A stretch of DNA of 64,000 nt from positions 64,001 through 128,000 of the forward strand of contig CAVSHO010000009.1 in NCBI GenBank assembly GCA_963727825.1, given 5' to 3'. The notes under the pieces were generated by a model. That model was not told where the DNA came from, did no database searches, and worked only from the letters and a program-made list of their open reading frames with translations. This DNA comes from Ignavibacteriota bacterium. GTDB lineage: Bacteria; Bacteroidota; Ignavibacteria; UBA10030. This document shows, piece after piece, positions 40,054 through 52,131 of this stretch (the stretch's first letter is position 1; each line of letters begins with the position of its first letter). Made by a program: the position numbers and the translations under genes.

Positions 40054-41064
40054 TTAATCTTTATTCACAATCTCACCCATAATAAATGATTTTTCTTTCT
40101 TCCTCTTAAGAGCTGACACAACAGCATCGACGCCTCTATGATCCACAAGCAAAATCAATCCGACACCAAGATTAAATGTGCGCCTCATATCTTCTTCAGG
40201 CACTTCGCCGACATGCTGGATAAGGTTAAAAATAGCGGGCCGCTCCCATGCATTCCAATCCACGTTGAGCGCCAATCCGTTCGGTACAATGCGCATCGTA
40301 TTGCCCTCGATGCCGCCGCCTGTGATGTGTGACAGACCATGGATATACTTTGAAACAGATGAATTCAATAGCGGGTGAATCGATTGCCGGTATGAACGAT
40401 GGATCGCCAGCAGTGCATCTCCTAAGGTCTTTCCTAATTCATCAAGATATATTTCAAGCGAAAACTTGTTGAGCAGCACACGGCGAGCAAGTGAATAACC
40501 ATTCGTATGCAACCCCGTGGAAGGTAAACCGATAAGCACATCGCCTTTCTTGACGTTCTTGCCGTTTAAAATTTTCTTCTCATCTACAATTCCAACGACA
40601 GTTCCCGCGATATCGTAATCTTCCATTCCGTACATACCTGGCATTTCTGCTGTTTCGCCGCCGATAAGCGCGCAATCGTTTTCTTTACATGCTTTCACAA
40701 AGCCGAGAATAACTCGCTCGGCAACATCCGCCGACAATTTGCCAGTAGCATAATAATCCAAGAAGAATAACGGTTTTGCACCGCATACCAGGATGTCATT
40801 CACACAATGGTTCACCAAATCCTGTCCAATGCTGTCATGACGATTCATCATGATGGCTATCTTCAATTTTGTGCCAACCCCATCCACACTGGAGACAAGC
40901 ACGGGCTTTTTAATACCCTTAAAATCCGCGCGGTAAAAGGCGCCAAACATACCGATATCCGTAAGCACGTTGCGGTTGAAAGTGGAACGAATTGGTTTTT
41001 TTATGCAATGGATAAGTTCTTCGCCGGCGTCGATATCAACACCGGATTCTTTATATGTTGCCAT
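40054..41064 (-). CDS. purM: Phosphoribosylformylglycinamidine cyclo-ligase
   Basis: YKESGVDI, DGVGTK, CVND, GGETAEMP, GLHTNGYSL, HITGGG, FNLG. Confidence 0.96.
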   Translation of the reverse strand: MATYKESGVDIDAGEELIHCIKKPIRSTFNRNVLTDIGMFGAFYRADFKGIKKPVLVSSVDGVGTKLKIAIMMNRHDSIGQDLVNHCVNDILVCGAKPLFFLDYYATGKLSADVAERVILGFVKACKENDCALIGGETAEMPGMYGMEDYDIAGTVVGIVDEKKILNGKNVKKGDVLIGLPSTGLHTNGYSLARRVLLNKFSLEIYLDELGKTLGDALLAIHRSYRQSIHPLLNSSVSKYIHGLSHITGGGIEGNTMRIVPNGLALNVDWNAWERPAIFNLIQHVGEVPEEDMRRTFNLGVGLILLVDHRGVDAVVSALKRKKEKSFIMGEIVNKD

Positions 41065-41258
41065 AGATGGAACTTCCTGATAAGAAATTTCTATTGATAT
41101 AAGATAGCGGATTTTTTTGCCTTGAACAAGGAAAGAGCGGGTATCTATTCATAAAAGCGGAGTTTCCCTTGCTCTTTTTCTTCGGCTTCTCTATATTATC
41201 AATACCAAAGTCAAACATAAAGAATGCGAATGGTACTAATAATTAGTAGGGAGAGAAT

Positions 41259-41633
41259 TTGAAAATTCATTTACTCCCTATTGCAATGGCAATGATTGTG
41301 CTTCTTTTATTCCAATGTTCATCTACAAAATCGCTATCGGACAATGAAAAAGCCAAATTAGATCCTCCTCTTCTTCATTTACTGAGTGATAACAGTGATG
41401 ATGGCAAGCGACTTGAAATCACTCATAGAGCCGATGGAACAAAAGAGTATGCAGTTATTGTTCAATCAGAGCATCCTGAAGCGATTCGAGCATTGGGAAT
41501 CAACGTAAGTAGTGTGTTTGGAGATATTATTGTGGCACATGTCACACTGGAAGAGTTAAAAAACATCGTATCATTATCTACAGTCAAATCAGTACGAACT
41601 GGATCAAAAAGAACTATACTACAGAAACAATAA
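41259..41633 (+). CDS. Putative lipoprotein homologous to the propeptide of the downstream S8 protease
   Basis: GGAG RBS, TTG start, lipobox-like LLFQC; ungapped similarity to the S8 prodomain. Confidence 0.7.
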   Translation: MKIHLLPIAMAMIVLLLFQCSSTKSLSDNEKAKLDPPLLHLLSDNSDDGKRLEITHRADGTKEYAVIVQSEHPEAIRALGINVSSVFGDIIVAHVTLEELKNIVSLSTVKSVRTGSKRTILQKQ

Positions 41634-41643
41634 AAAGGCTCCT

Positions 41644-44461
41644 ATGTCCACTCTATCTCGGTATACCAGAACATTCATCCTATTGATGATTATTGTTTAT
41701 ACATCCTTCGGTGCAAACCTCACAGAAAAGCAACGATCAAAACTGCATCCATTGTTTCAATCTGTGATAACAAATTCGTCCCAGCCATTGTCAAAGACGT
41801 CTAGCAAGTCACATCGCATCGCATCTACTGTTTCCAGTGATGGCACAATTCGTTATAGCGCCATTGTGTACACTCGCGATGTTGAAACGCTTCGCTCAAT
41901 GGGAATACAAGTAAATTCTGTGCTTCCGGAATTTGTTACTGCACAGCTCACGCCATCGGAAATGATAAGGCTTGCTGATCTTGAAAGCGTGAGGTTCATT
42001 GATCCCGGCAAAATGCATCGTCCACTGCTCGATGTCAGTGTTCCCGAAACCGGTGCAACACTTTTGCATTCAAGTTTTATCAATAACACTCCTTATAAAG
42101 GAGCTGGAGCGATTGTCTTGATCTTTGATACCGGCATTGATTGGAAGCATTTAGATTTTAGGAAAGTCGGAGATACAACCAAATCACGTATTTTATATAT
42201 TTGGGATCAAACTTTAACTCCAAATTCAAAAGAACATTCACCAACAGGATTTACTTATGGTGTTGAATACACTGAGGCACAGATTGAAGGCGAGTTGAGC
42301 GGTTCAGCAAGAGGTGTTGTGCGCGAAAAGGATACGGTCGGGCACGGAACACATGTGGCAAGTACAGCCGCCGGAAATGGCCAAGCGTTCAATAATAAGT
42401 ATATCGGTATGGCCCCTGAAGCAGATATTATTGTTGTAAAAGGCGGAGATGGGAGTTTTTCAGAAACTGGAGAGATCGATGGTCTAACATATGCACAGAA
42501 TAAAGCAACGGCATTGAAAGAACCGATCGTTGTCAATATGAGTCTTGGAGGTCCAATTGGCCCGCACGACGGAACAAATGGTGATGAAGTTGCGGTGAAC
42601 TCTTTTGTTAATAGTAATTCCGGCCGCGTGGTTTGTATTGCAGCAGGTAATGATGGTTCAAACCCAATACATACAAATGGAACTGTGGGCAATGATTCGC
42701 CGGACTCTATCTCTATCAGCGTTCCTTCTTACAAACCATATACTCCCGGGGCAGGTAACAATTATTTCGTTTTCGATGTATGGCTGCAAACCACTAAAGC
42801 ATTGAGCGCATCAGTGAAATCACCAAATAATATTGTTTTCTATAGCCAACTGAATAATGAAGTATATGGACCAAATCATTCAGACGGATCAATTGATATT
42901 TACGATGAAATTGATCCTCAAAATTCACATCGCCATTTACAAGTTTTTATTTACGATTCAACTTCTTCTGTACCTAGAACTGGTACATTGGACCATTACT
43001 CTAAGTACAACCGAAACCTCAGTTACCTACGATGCATGGATAGATAGCGATCTTAACGGGCCATCGGCAAGCTTTGTTAGAGGCGGGAATACAAATGAAA
43101 CTGTTGAAATGCCAGGAACTGCTGCTGAAGCGATTACGGTTGGCGCCTATGAGACAAAGTACAGTTGGGTTACAAGTAGTGGGAGTTATCACAGCTATGG
43201 TGACTATGGTGAAACAGATCGAACTAGCAATATTTCATCATTCAGTAGTATTGGACCGACAGCTGATAATAGACAGAAACCAGACATCGCTGCTCCAGGT
43301 CAAGGTATTGTTGCCGCATTCTCCAGCGGTGACGTAACTGAATCAGCATCGGATATTATCGTCAGCAATAAATATCTCCTCATGCAGGGCACAAGTATGG
43401 CTACGCCGCATGTGACAGGAGCTACAGCATTGCTTCTTGGTGCTAAACCATCTTTGACTACGGCTCAGATCAAAAATTATTTTACTAGCACGGCAAGAAC
43501 CGATGCCTTTACTTCCACTGTATGGAACTCATCATGGGGATATGGTAAGATGGATATCTACAAAGCCATGGCGGGCGCAGTCGGTGCATCGGGGTCAAGT
43601 CGAGCAATACTCTCCTATTACAGTGGATCAGCACCATATATTACGACAATACCAACTATTACGTCAATACCAACATCAAATCAGAAGGTCGCAATACGCT
43701 TCACTCCAGCAACAAACGGCAAACTTGTAAGTGTTGCTGTAAATATAGGAGGTGGAGCAAATGCGATCAATGGAACTGGAAGTTTGAAAGTTACCGCAAC
43801 CAATAGCATTACTGGAAGTGTCGGTTTTATCCCCGGCACACAGATTGGTAACAGCGTTCTCGTTCCACTCAGTTCATTGAATCCTGGAGTTGCTAACGTA
43901 ATCGATTTATCTTCTTCGGGAGTGTCTGTAACATCTGGAACAGATTTTCAAATAGTAATTGAAGATACCACGGCTACAGATGCTATTCAGCTAGTATTGG
44001 ACGATGGATCACTTAATATCGATCGCACTTCATCATATCGAACAGGTGCAAATGGCATATTGGGATGGTACAACAGGTCCGATCCGAATTATATTAGTTC
44101 TACTCCAGCGTATACACCTGCTCATTATAATTTATTCATCACGGCAGAGATCGCAGTACCGGTAACGGATGTTGAACGCATTTCTAATGTTTTGCCAACT
44201 TCATTTTCGCTTAAGCAGAACTATCCTAATCCATTTAATCCAACCACGAACATAGAATATAGCATTCCTATAAAAGGAGTTGTAAAACTTCAGATATTTG
44301 ATATTCTTGGCAGGTCAATAGCCACACTGGTGAATACAACTCAAGAGGCAGGAGTTTATCACACAACATGGGATGGAAAAGCAGTAGCGTCAGGTGTATA
44401 TTTCTATAAGCTGGAAAGCGGTAGTTTTTCAAAAACCGAACGGATGCTCCTCTTGAAGTAA
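41644..44461 (+). CDS. S8 subtilase (Csp-like, with central insertion) with T9SS C-terminal sorting domain; apparent +1 frameshift near 42988
   Basis: Catalytic IFDTG, GHGTH and QGTSMA motifs; AAGN; LKQNYPNPFNP...SGVYFYKL...MLLLK C-terminal domain. Confidence 0.88.
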
Positions 44462-44488
44462 AACACAGTAGTGATCATGCTAAGGCGG

Positions 44489-44633
44489 TGTCAGGAGTTC
44501 CCAGATTGTGTAAAAACAGTCATTCCGAACTTGTTTCGGAATTTGTTCCTTTGAAATCTAATAAATTTTATAGATGCTGAAACAAGTTCAGCATGACAAA
44601 CAGACTTTTTACACAGTCTCGAAAGTCCTGACA
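44489..44633. mobile_element. Three-layer nested palindromic element
   Basis: Outer TGTCAGGAGTTC...GAAAGTCCTGACA; middle inverted repeats AGATTGTGTAAAAA (44503)...TTTTTACACAGTCT (44619); inner GTCATTCCGAACTTGTTTCGGAAT...AGATGCTGAAACAAGTTCAGCATGAC. Confidence 0.7.
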
Positions 44634-44727
44634 GCACATGGAATGCGACAAGGCTTTTGCATTTTTCTCTATTTGCCATTCTTCCACCGCTTCATTATAT
44701 TGAGTTTTCCAAGGCAAGGACATCTCA

Positions 44728-45400
44728 ATGAAATCAGTCATTCTTCGCGGCACGGATAAGCTCTATACAGTGGGCAAAATCATTTGCCTCGGACAGAATT
44801 ATGTTGAACATGCCAAGGAAATGAAATTTGATATACCCACCTCCCCTGTGTTCTTCTTCAAACCTTCAAGCGCAATTATTTATGATAATGGACAAATTGT
44901 CCTTCCTGAAATATCGAACGATGTCCACCATGAAGTTGAGATGACTGTACTAATTGGCGAAGGAGGAAACAACATCCATCGATCTGCCGCCTTGAAGCAT
45001 GTTGCAGGATATGGAATTGGGCTTGATATGACGATGCGCGATGTCCAGAATGAAGCAAAGAAAAAAGGCCTTCCGTGGGCGCTTGCCAAAGGGTTTGATA
45101 CTGCCGCTCCTGTATCGGAATTTATTCCAGCCGGAACTGGTCGGCGACCTGGGTTCGCTTAATGTCCAATTGCTCATCAACGGAAAACTCCGGCAATCGT
45201 CCAGTACTAGTAAATTTGTATTCCCTGTCGATAAAGTTATATCTTATATATCTCAATTCATAACATTTGAACCGGGAGATATTATTTTCACAGGGACGCC
45301 GGAAGGTGTCTCGCGTGTTGAGCATGGCGATAAATTAGAAGCTTCATTGCTTGATGCCAATAAAAACATATTGACATCTTTGTCTGTAAGCGTACAGTAG
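44728..45400 (+). CDS. Fumarylacetoacetate hydrolase family protein; apparent +1 frameshift near 45133
   Basis: GKIICLGQNYVEH, FFKP, HHEVEM, LDMTMRD, AKGFDT; then LRQ...PGDIIFTGTPEGV. Confidence 0.88.
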
Positions 45401-45469
45401 GAATTAAACAAAAGTTGATTTATAATATAAGAAAGCAGATTGCTGATAACCGATTACTGAAAGCTTCTA

Positions 45470-46283
45470 TTGACCAAAATTATCACTATAGCGATTCCAA
45501 AAGGCGGCGTCGGGAAAACAACGACAGCAGTGAATCTTGCTGCAAGTTTCGCTGTTCTTGAAAAACGCGTTCTGCTCATCGACACGGATCCATTTGGTGC
45601 TTGTAGTATGTCGCTCGGTTTTACGCAAGAGAAAACCAAAGGCGGATTATATGAAGTCTTCAACTTCATGCACTCGATGGCTCAGGTAATTCACCGAACG
45701 GACATTGCATTCTTGGATTTCGTTCCCACGAACATTACTTCGACACAAGCAGAAGAGCGAATGATGCGTCTCGCCGAAAATCGCACATTATTGAAAAACA
45801 TCCTTCGCACTATTGCACCTCACTATGATTATATTGTTATCGACACGCCGCCGATCCTTCGCGGGTTGACAACCAACGCCCTAACTTGCGCTGATTCAGG
45901 TACTCATACCAATTAAATCCGGACATTTCTCGCTGGAAGGTATTGACAAATTATTCAAGTACTTCGACTGGATTCGCGAAGCCGCAAACAAAACTCTGCA
46001 AATTGAGGGCATACTTCAAACCATGTACGAACCGCACACGAAAGTTGCGGAAATAACCGACCGCGAATTGCAATTACGTTTCCGCAAATATATAATTAAA
46101 ACGATCATTCCAAAAAATACTCAACTGGCAGAAGCATCCTTTTATGGCAAACCAGCTGTACTTTTCAACGCCGCATCTAGAGGCGCACTGGCTTATTTAG
46201 AACTTGCACGCGAACTCATTGATCGACACGAAGCGGCAATGCAACCTGAAACAACAATTACCACGCAAATCCAATCTGTATAA
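45470..46283 (+). CDS. ParA/Soj-family ATPase; apparent +1 frameshift near 45899
   Basis: KGGVGKTT, LLIDTDP, YIVIDTPP; continues VLIPIKSGHFSLEG...IPKNTQLAEAS. Confidence 0.85.
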
Positions 46284-46405
46284 GGTTCTGTATTCTAACC
46301 CTTGTCGTTGATTTCGTTCACCTTTTTTCGTTAATTAATAAAGAAATGAAACAAACGTTCGGGTAGCAATAGACTGCCCTTTTCTATATCGAAGACAAAA
46401 TCCGA

Positions 46406-49154
46406 ATGAGCACACAGGAACTTTCAAAAACATATAATCCAAAAGACGTTGAAGACAAATGGTATTCCTGGTGGGAATCAAATCACCTCTTCCACTCTGT
46501 TGTGAATAAAGATAAAACACCGTACACAATCGTTATTCCGCCGCCAAACATCACCGGCATTTTGACGATGGGACATGTACTGAACAATACTTTACAAGAT
46601 GTATTCGTTCGATGGAAACGCATGCAGGGATTTGAAGCTTGCTGGATTCCAGGAACCGACCACGCCGGCATTGCGACACAGAACGCAGTTGAAAAATCTC
46701 TCGCCAAAGAAGGCAAGCATCGCCACGATCTCGGCCGAGAAAAATTCATAGAACTGGTATGGCAATGGCGGGAAAATTACGGAAAGACTATCATAAGACA
46801 GCTGAGAAAATTGGGCGTATCGTGCGACTGGGAACGCGAGCGCTTTACAATGGATGAAGGATTATCGAATGCGGTAAAAGAAGTTTTCATACGATTGTTC
46901 GATAAGGGACTTATCTATCGCGGTAAATACATTGTCAATTGGTGCCCACAGCATCAAACCGCGATTAGCGATGATGAAGTTAATCATACAGAAGCAAACG
47001 GTAATCTCTATTATATAAAATATCAAATTGCCGGATCTGATGAACAAGCGATCATCGCTACAACGCGCCCGGAAACAATGCTCGGCGATACTGCTCTTTG
47101 CGTTCACCCTAAAGATGAGCGCTACAAACATTTGGTTGGCAAGACAGCTATTCTGCCAATCGTTGGACGTAAACTTCCAATAATTGCTGATGATTATATC
47201 GATTTAAGCTTCGGTACCGGTATAATGAAAGTAACACCTGCGCATGACGCCAACGACTTCCTTCTTGGTCAGCGGCATGAACTTCCACAAATAAATATAT
47301 TTGATGAAACTGCACATCTCAATGCTTCTGTTCCAAAACAATACGAAGGCATGGATCGTTTTGAATGCCGTGAGCAGCTTGTAAAAGATTTAGAAGCCCA
47401 AAGTTTTCTACTGAAAATCGAACCGTACGTGCATAACATCGGCAAATGTTATCGTTGCAATACAATTACAGAGCCTTGGCTTTCCGATCAGTGGTTTGTA
47501 AAAATGAAACCTCTTGCCGAACCGGCGTTGCGTGTGGTGCATGAAGATAAAGTGCAGTTCCATCCTGACCGATGGATAAAAGTGTATGAACATTGGATGA
47601 CAAACATCCGCGACTGGTGCATCTCGCGCCAACTCTGGTGGGGACATCGTATTCCTGTTTATTATGCACCGGACGGCAACTATGTCCCGGCACGCAACGA
47701 AGAAGAAGCGCGCAAGAAACTTGGTGTTGCTGCGGACATCCCGATCCGTCAAGACGAAGATGTATTAGACACTTGGTTCTCGTCATGGCTCTGGCCATTC
47801 TCCACCCTCGGTTGGCCGGAAGATAATGCAGACCTGCATTATTTCAATCCAACCGACACACTCGTCACTGCACCCGATATTATTTTCTTCTGGGTAGCGC
47901 GGATGATTATGGCAAACATGGAATTTATGAAAGGCACGCCGGGCTGCGACGGCAAACCCCGCAAAAAAGATGATGACTTGATTCCATTCCGCGACGTTTA
48001 CTTTACCAGCATTATTCGCGATGAACAAGGGCGCAAAATGAGCAAGTCATTAGGAAATTCGCCAGACCCTCTCGACGTTATAGATCAGTACGGTGCGGAT
48101 GCTCTGCGTTTCACCATTGCCTATCTTTCTCCACTCGGCCAGGATGTACTATTCGCATCGGAGAAGTGCGACCTTGGCCGCAATTTCGCAAATAAAATCT
48201 GGAACGCCGGCCGTTTTCTTTTGATGAACAAACAGGAAATCATCGGCAATGATAACATCTCGCTTGACAAACTGCCGATAGAAAATCTTGATCTTGCCGA
48301 TCGGTGGATTCTCTCCCGGCTAAATCAAGCCACTAAATCATTCAATACTTCACTTGATCAATTCCATGTCAACGAAGCAACAAAACTGATCTATGATTTT
48401 ATCTGGCATGATTTCTGCGATTGGTATGTGGAGATGGTAAAGACGCGCTTCTATGGCGACGAACCGAAGGAAGTAAAAACCGCCGTTGTGACGCGTGCGC
48501 TTTGGATTTTCGATCAAGCACTTCGTTTGCTGCATCCGGTAATGCCATTCATTTCGGAAGAATTGTGGCAGAATCTGAGCAATCGCAAAGGACAATCGCT
48601 CATGCGTGCCGCTTTCCCGAATGTCGACGAAGCATTATATCAATCAAACGGTCGAAGATGAATTGAATTTTATAATTAAAGTCATCGAAGCAGTAAGGAA
48701 TATTCGTGGCGAGTTGAATGTTGCGCCATCAAAACAAATTGAAGTGCATTTGCATCTTCATGGCGAGTTTGGCGAGAAGTTAGCTGTCAATGCTAATTAC
48801 ATTCAAGGGCTTCTAAACTATGTCGACCGTCTTTGCCGTGCGAAAACAGTACCAACATGGGCTCGCGAATCAGAAAAATTTGAACGACCCAAAGCATCAG
48901 CCAGTGCAGTAGTTGATGGAACGGAAATATATGTTCCGCTTGTTGGTATTATTGATCTTGATGCTGAACAGAAACGACTGGAAAAAGAAATCGCGCGATT
49001 GCAGGGATTGGTCGATAGTATTGGGCGGAAATTAACAAACGCCAGTTTCATTGAGCGTGCACCGAAAGATGTGGTGGAAAAAGAACGCGAAAAACAAAAG
49101 AACATTACCTCGAATATGGAGAAGTTGAGAGCGAGCTTAGAGCAGTTGAGTTAA
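46406..49154 (+). CDS. valS: Valine--tRNA ligase; apparent +1 frameshift near 48638
   Basis: PPPNITGILTMGH, GTDHAGIATQ, DWCISRQLWWGH, KMSKS; the C-terminal coiled coil is in the second frame. Confidence 0.96.
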
Positions 49155-49194
49155 AATCACTTTTTGCTTTTTACTTTTTACTTTGGACCTTGCT

Positions 49195-49566
49195 ATGTAT
49201 ACAGTCACAATAGAAACAGAATTCTCCGCCGCGCACATTATCCGTGGATATAACGGCCCATGTTCACGTCCCCATGGACACAATTGGAAAGTCAAGGCGA
49301 AAGTTCAAACTGACGTTCTTGATAATCTCGGTATGAGTATTGATTTCTATGTGCTCCAGAAAAAGACAGAAGAAATCATTGCTAAGTTTGACCATCGCGA
49401 TCTTAACACAATTCCGCCGTTCGACAAAGCTTTGAATCCGACATCAGAAAATATCGCACGTTATATTTATGATGAATTAAAAAATGTATTACCTGCGAAT
49501 GTGAAACTTTTGTCTGTTGCTATTGGCGAAACTGGAAAATACACGGCAAAGTATTCAGAGGTTTAG
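49195..49566 (+). CDS. queD: 6-carboxytetrahydropterin synthase
   Basis: FSAAH, CSRPHGHNW, DHRDLN, PTSENIA, ET. Confidence 0.92.
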   Translation: MYTVTIETEFSAAHIIRGYNGPCSRPHGHNWKVKAKVQTDVLDNLGMSIDFYVLQKKTEEIIAKFDHRDLNTIPPFDKALNPTSENIARYIYDELKNVLPANVKLLSVAIGETGKYTAKYSEV

Positions 49567-49590
49567 CGAAGTATCAGAACTTCAACGACA

Positions 49591-50250
49591 ATGATATCGC
49601 CTTCACCAAACTCTCTCATCGTCAATGAAATTTTCTTAAGTATCCAGGGTGAATCGACGCGCATCGGACTGCCATGCATATTTGTCCGGCTGACTTCATG
49701 CGATCTCCGATGTGCCTGGTGCGATACAGCTTATGCCTTCAATGAAGGCACAGAAATGAGTATCGATATAATTTTTAAAAAGGTAGAGGAATACAAATGC
49801 AAGCTCGTTGAAATAACAGGCGGCGAACCGCTTCTTCAGACAAATGTTCACGCCTTAATGAAACGCCTATGCGATGGACGTTACGATGTAATGATAGAAA
49901 CAGGCGGACATCGGGATATAACATGCATTGATCCGCGCGTCAAACGTATTATGGATATCAAATGCCCCGGCAGTTTAATGGAAAAGCGTAATCTTTGGGA
50001 AAACATAGAAGCGCTTACAGCACAAGATGAAGTAAAGTTTGTTATCGCTGATGAAACCGATTACGAATGGGCAAAGAAAGTCATTCAAAAGTACAACTTA
50101 TCAGACCGATGCACAGTTTTAATATCGCCTGTGTTTGGCAACATAGAAAACCGTACTTTAGCGGAGTGGATTTTACGCGATCAAATTGATGTACGGTTTC
50201 AATTGCAAATACAAAAATATATTTGGGATCCGACGACAAAAGGAGTATAA
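49591..50250 (+). CDS. queE: 7-carboxy-7-deazaguanine synthase
   Basis: EIFLSIQGE, FVRLTSCDLRCAWCDT, ITGGEP, ETGG. Confidence 0.92.
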   Translation: MISPSPNSLIVNEIFLSIQGESTRIGLPCIFVRLTSCDLRCAWCDTAYAFNEGTEMSIDIIFKKVEEYKCKLVEITGGEPLLQTNVHALMKRLCDGRYDVMIETGGHRDITCIDPRVKRIMDIKCPGSLMEKRNLWENIEALTAQDEVKFVIADETDYEWAKKVIQKYNLSDRCTVLISPVFGNIENRTLAEWILRDQIDVRFQLQIQKYIWDPTTKGV

Positions 50251-50251
50251 A

Positions 50252-50620
50252 ATGAATCCAATCGACAAACTTGAAACATTCGACAACAAATATCCGGGCC
50301 GCGATTATACTGTGACGATAGTAAATCCGGAATTCACTTCCGTTTGTCCAAAAACCGGCTTACCGGATTTCGGAATAATCACTATCAACTATATTCCCAA
50401 TAAAAAATGCGTCGAACTGAAATCGTTGAAGTACTATTTTCTTGAGTTCCGTTCTATGGGAATTTTTTATGAGACCGTTACTAATAAAATTCTGGATGAC
50501 ATGGTGACAATGTTGAAACCGAAATGGATTGAAGTGATCGGATCATTCACTGCCCGAGGAGGTATTTCTACAACCGTCAAAACTGTACATTCAGAAAAAG
50601 GAAGACGTAAAATTAAATGA
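50252..50620 (+). CDS. queF: PreQ0 reductase, unimodular
   Basis: [29 protein letters not shown]; ATG at 50252. Confidence 0.92.
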   Translation: MNPIDKLETFDNKYPGRDYTVTIVNPEFTSVCPKTGLPDFGIITINYIPNKKCVELKSLKYYFLEFRSMGIFYETVTNKILDDMVTMLKPKWIEVIGSFTARGGISTTVKTVHSEKGRRKIK

Positions 50621-51321
50621 GCAAGTCACGCGCGGTTGTACTGGTAAGCGGAGGAATGGATAGCTGCGTAACTGCTGCTATCGCTAATCTTCAACACGAA
50701 TTAGCTTTTTTGCATGTGAACTATTGTCAACGGACGGAGCGGCGTGAACTGAAAGCATTTTATGCACTAGCCAAACATTATGATGTTCAGCAGCAGCTGA
50801 TTGCTAATTTAACGCATCTTAAATCCATTGGTGGTTCCAGCCTCACCGATGCACACATGAAAGTGACGGAAGCCGATCCGGAAAAACTTTTTCATTCTAA
50901 GAAAAACGACATTCCGACTTCGTATGTTCCATTTCGGAACTCTAATATTCTATCTGTGGCGGTAAGCTGGGCGGAAGTTATAGGTGCCGAGTATATTTTC
51001 ATCGGCGCAGTGGAAGAAGATAGTTCCGGTTATCCCGATTGTCGAAAAGAATTTTACAATGCCTTCAACAAAGTAATTGACTTAGGAACGAAACCTGAAA
51101 CTAATATCTCTATATGTACTCCTGTTATCAATCTAAAAAAATCTGAAATCGTGCAGCGCGGAATAGAGTTGGATGCACCTTTTGAATTGACATGGTCGTG
51201 TTATACAGATGAAGATCGCGCATGCGGAATTTGTGACAGCTGCGCGTTACGCCTTCGAGCATTCCAGATTGCCGGAGTTGAAGATCCAATTCCTTACTCT
51301 ATCAAGCCAAATTATATATGA
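50617..51321 (+). CDS. queC: 7-cyano-7-deazaguanine synthase
   Basis: SGGMDS, YVPFRN, YPDCR, TWSCY, CGICDSC. Confidence 0.95.
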   Translation: MSKSRAVVLVSGGMDSCVTAAIANLQHELAFLHVNYCQRTERRELKAFYALAKHYDVQQQLIANLTHLKSIGGSSLTDAHMKVTEADPEKLFHSKKNDIPTSYVPFRNSNILSVAVSWAEVIGAEYIFIGAVEEDSSGYPDCRKEFYNAFNKVIDLGTKPETNISICTPVINLKKSEIVQRGIELDAPFELTWSCYTDEDRACGICDSCALRLRAFQIAGVEDPIPYSIKPNYI

Positions 51322-51460
51322 GAGTAAGTTCATCCTGAGCGTTGCAAATGACTGAATAGTTATGTTCCCATCAGAAATCCTTCGCAATATTCTCAAACTA
51401 TTTCAACTCCTCTCGCGAGGATTTAAATCCAGTTTCTCGCTCAATCCATCGGAGAAAAGC

Positions 51461-52090
51461 ATGAACCAACCCGGCGCGAATCGGCCGATTCCGGTCGCTC
51501 GTCGTAATATATGTCCACACTGTAAACTGGATATTCCAGATGGTGCGCGTGTGTGCCATCACTGCCATCAATTCGTGAGCGTGAGATTCAATCTGGCAAA
51601 CATTATCACTATTCTTGTCTCTGTCGCAGCTGTAGCGATGTCTGTTTACTCGCTTTATATGACTGCTACACAAGCACGAGTATCAAAAGATATTGAGAGT
51701 AGCCGTTTCCTTATAGAAACACTTCATAGTATGCAACAGGTACAGGATGAATTGCAAATGTCGCGTGAAAAATCCGGTGGTGAGGACAATTTGAGTGAGA
51801 AACAAATATTACTTCTGAATTATTATCAATTACTCTCTCGAACATTAGCACGATACATCAAACAAGAACCATCATTGTTCGTGAAGATGCGATGCACATA
51901 CGAACCATCCATCCGGATGAGGCAAAATCCCTCAACAAAATCTAAGCAACTTGGAACTTTGTACAAGGATGAAGAAGTTTTTAGACTTGGAAATTTTCGG
52001 GACAGTAAAGGTGATATGTGGTATTATGTTGCCAGCGCCGACCAACAAAAGATTGGATGGATTTATAAGTATTTGGAAATTGTTCAGTAA
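51461..52090 (+). CDS. Hypothetical protein: zinc ribbon, TM helix, coiled coil, SH3b-like C-terminus
   Basis: GGAG RBS before ATG 51461; CPHC...CHHC; IRMRQNPSTKSKQLGTL...WYYV...GWI. Confidence 0.6.
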   Translation: MNQPGANRPIPVARRNICPHCKLDIPDGARVCHHCHQFVSVRFNLANIITILVSVAAVAMSVYSLYMTATQARVSKDIESSRFLIETLHSMQQVQDELQMSREKSGGEDNLSEKQILLLNYYQLLSRTLARYIKQEPSLFVKMRCTYEPSIRMRQNPSTKSKQLGTLYKDEEVFRLGNFRDSKGDMWYYVASADQQKIGWIYKYLEIVQ

Positions 52091-52091
52091 T

Positions 52092-52126
52092 TAACCTTGT
52101 CAAAGTTTTGAACTTTGACAAGGTTA
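52092..52126. repeat. REP-like hairpin or bidirectional terminator between convergent genes
   Basis: TAACCTTGTCAAAGTT-TTG-AACTTTGACAAGGTTA, 16-bp perfect arms. Confidence 0.7.
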
Positions 52127-52131
52127 CTATT

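Noticed and set aside
46361-46385. T-box or attenuator before valS (GGGTAG...CTGCCC-TTTT hairpin)
   Set aside because: The leader is only ~120 bp and has no T-box consensus. The weak hairpin may just terminate parA.
46406-49154. Programmed frameshifting or pseudogenisation of valS and other split genes
   Set aside because: There are no slippery sequences, the pattern is a uniform +1, and an essential gene is affected. Sequencing error is the simpler explanation.
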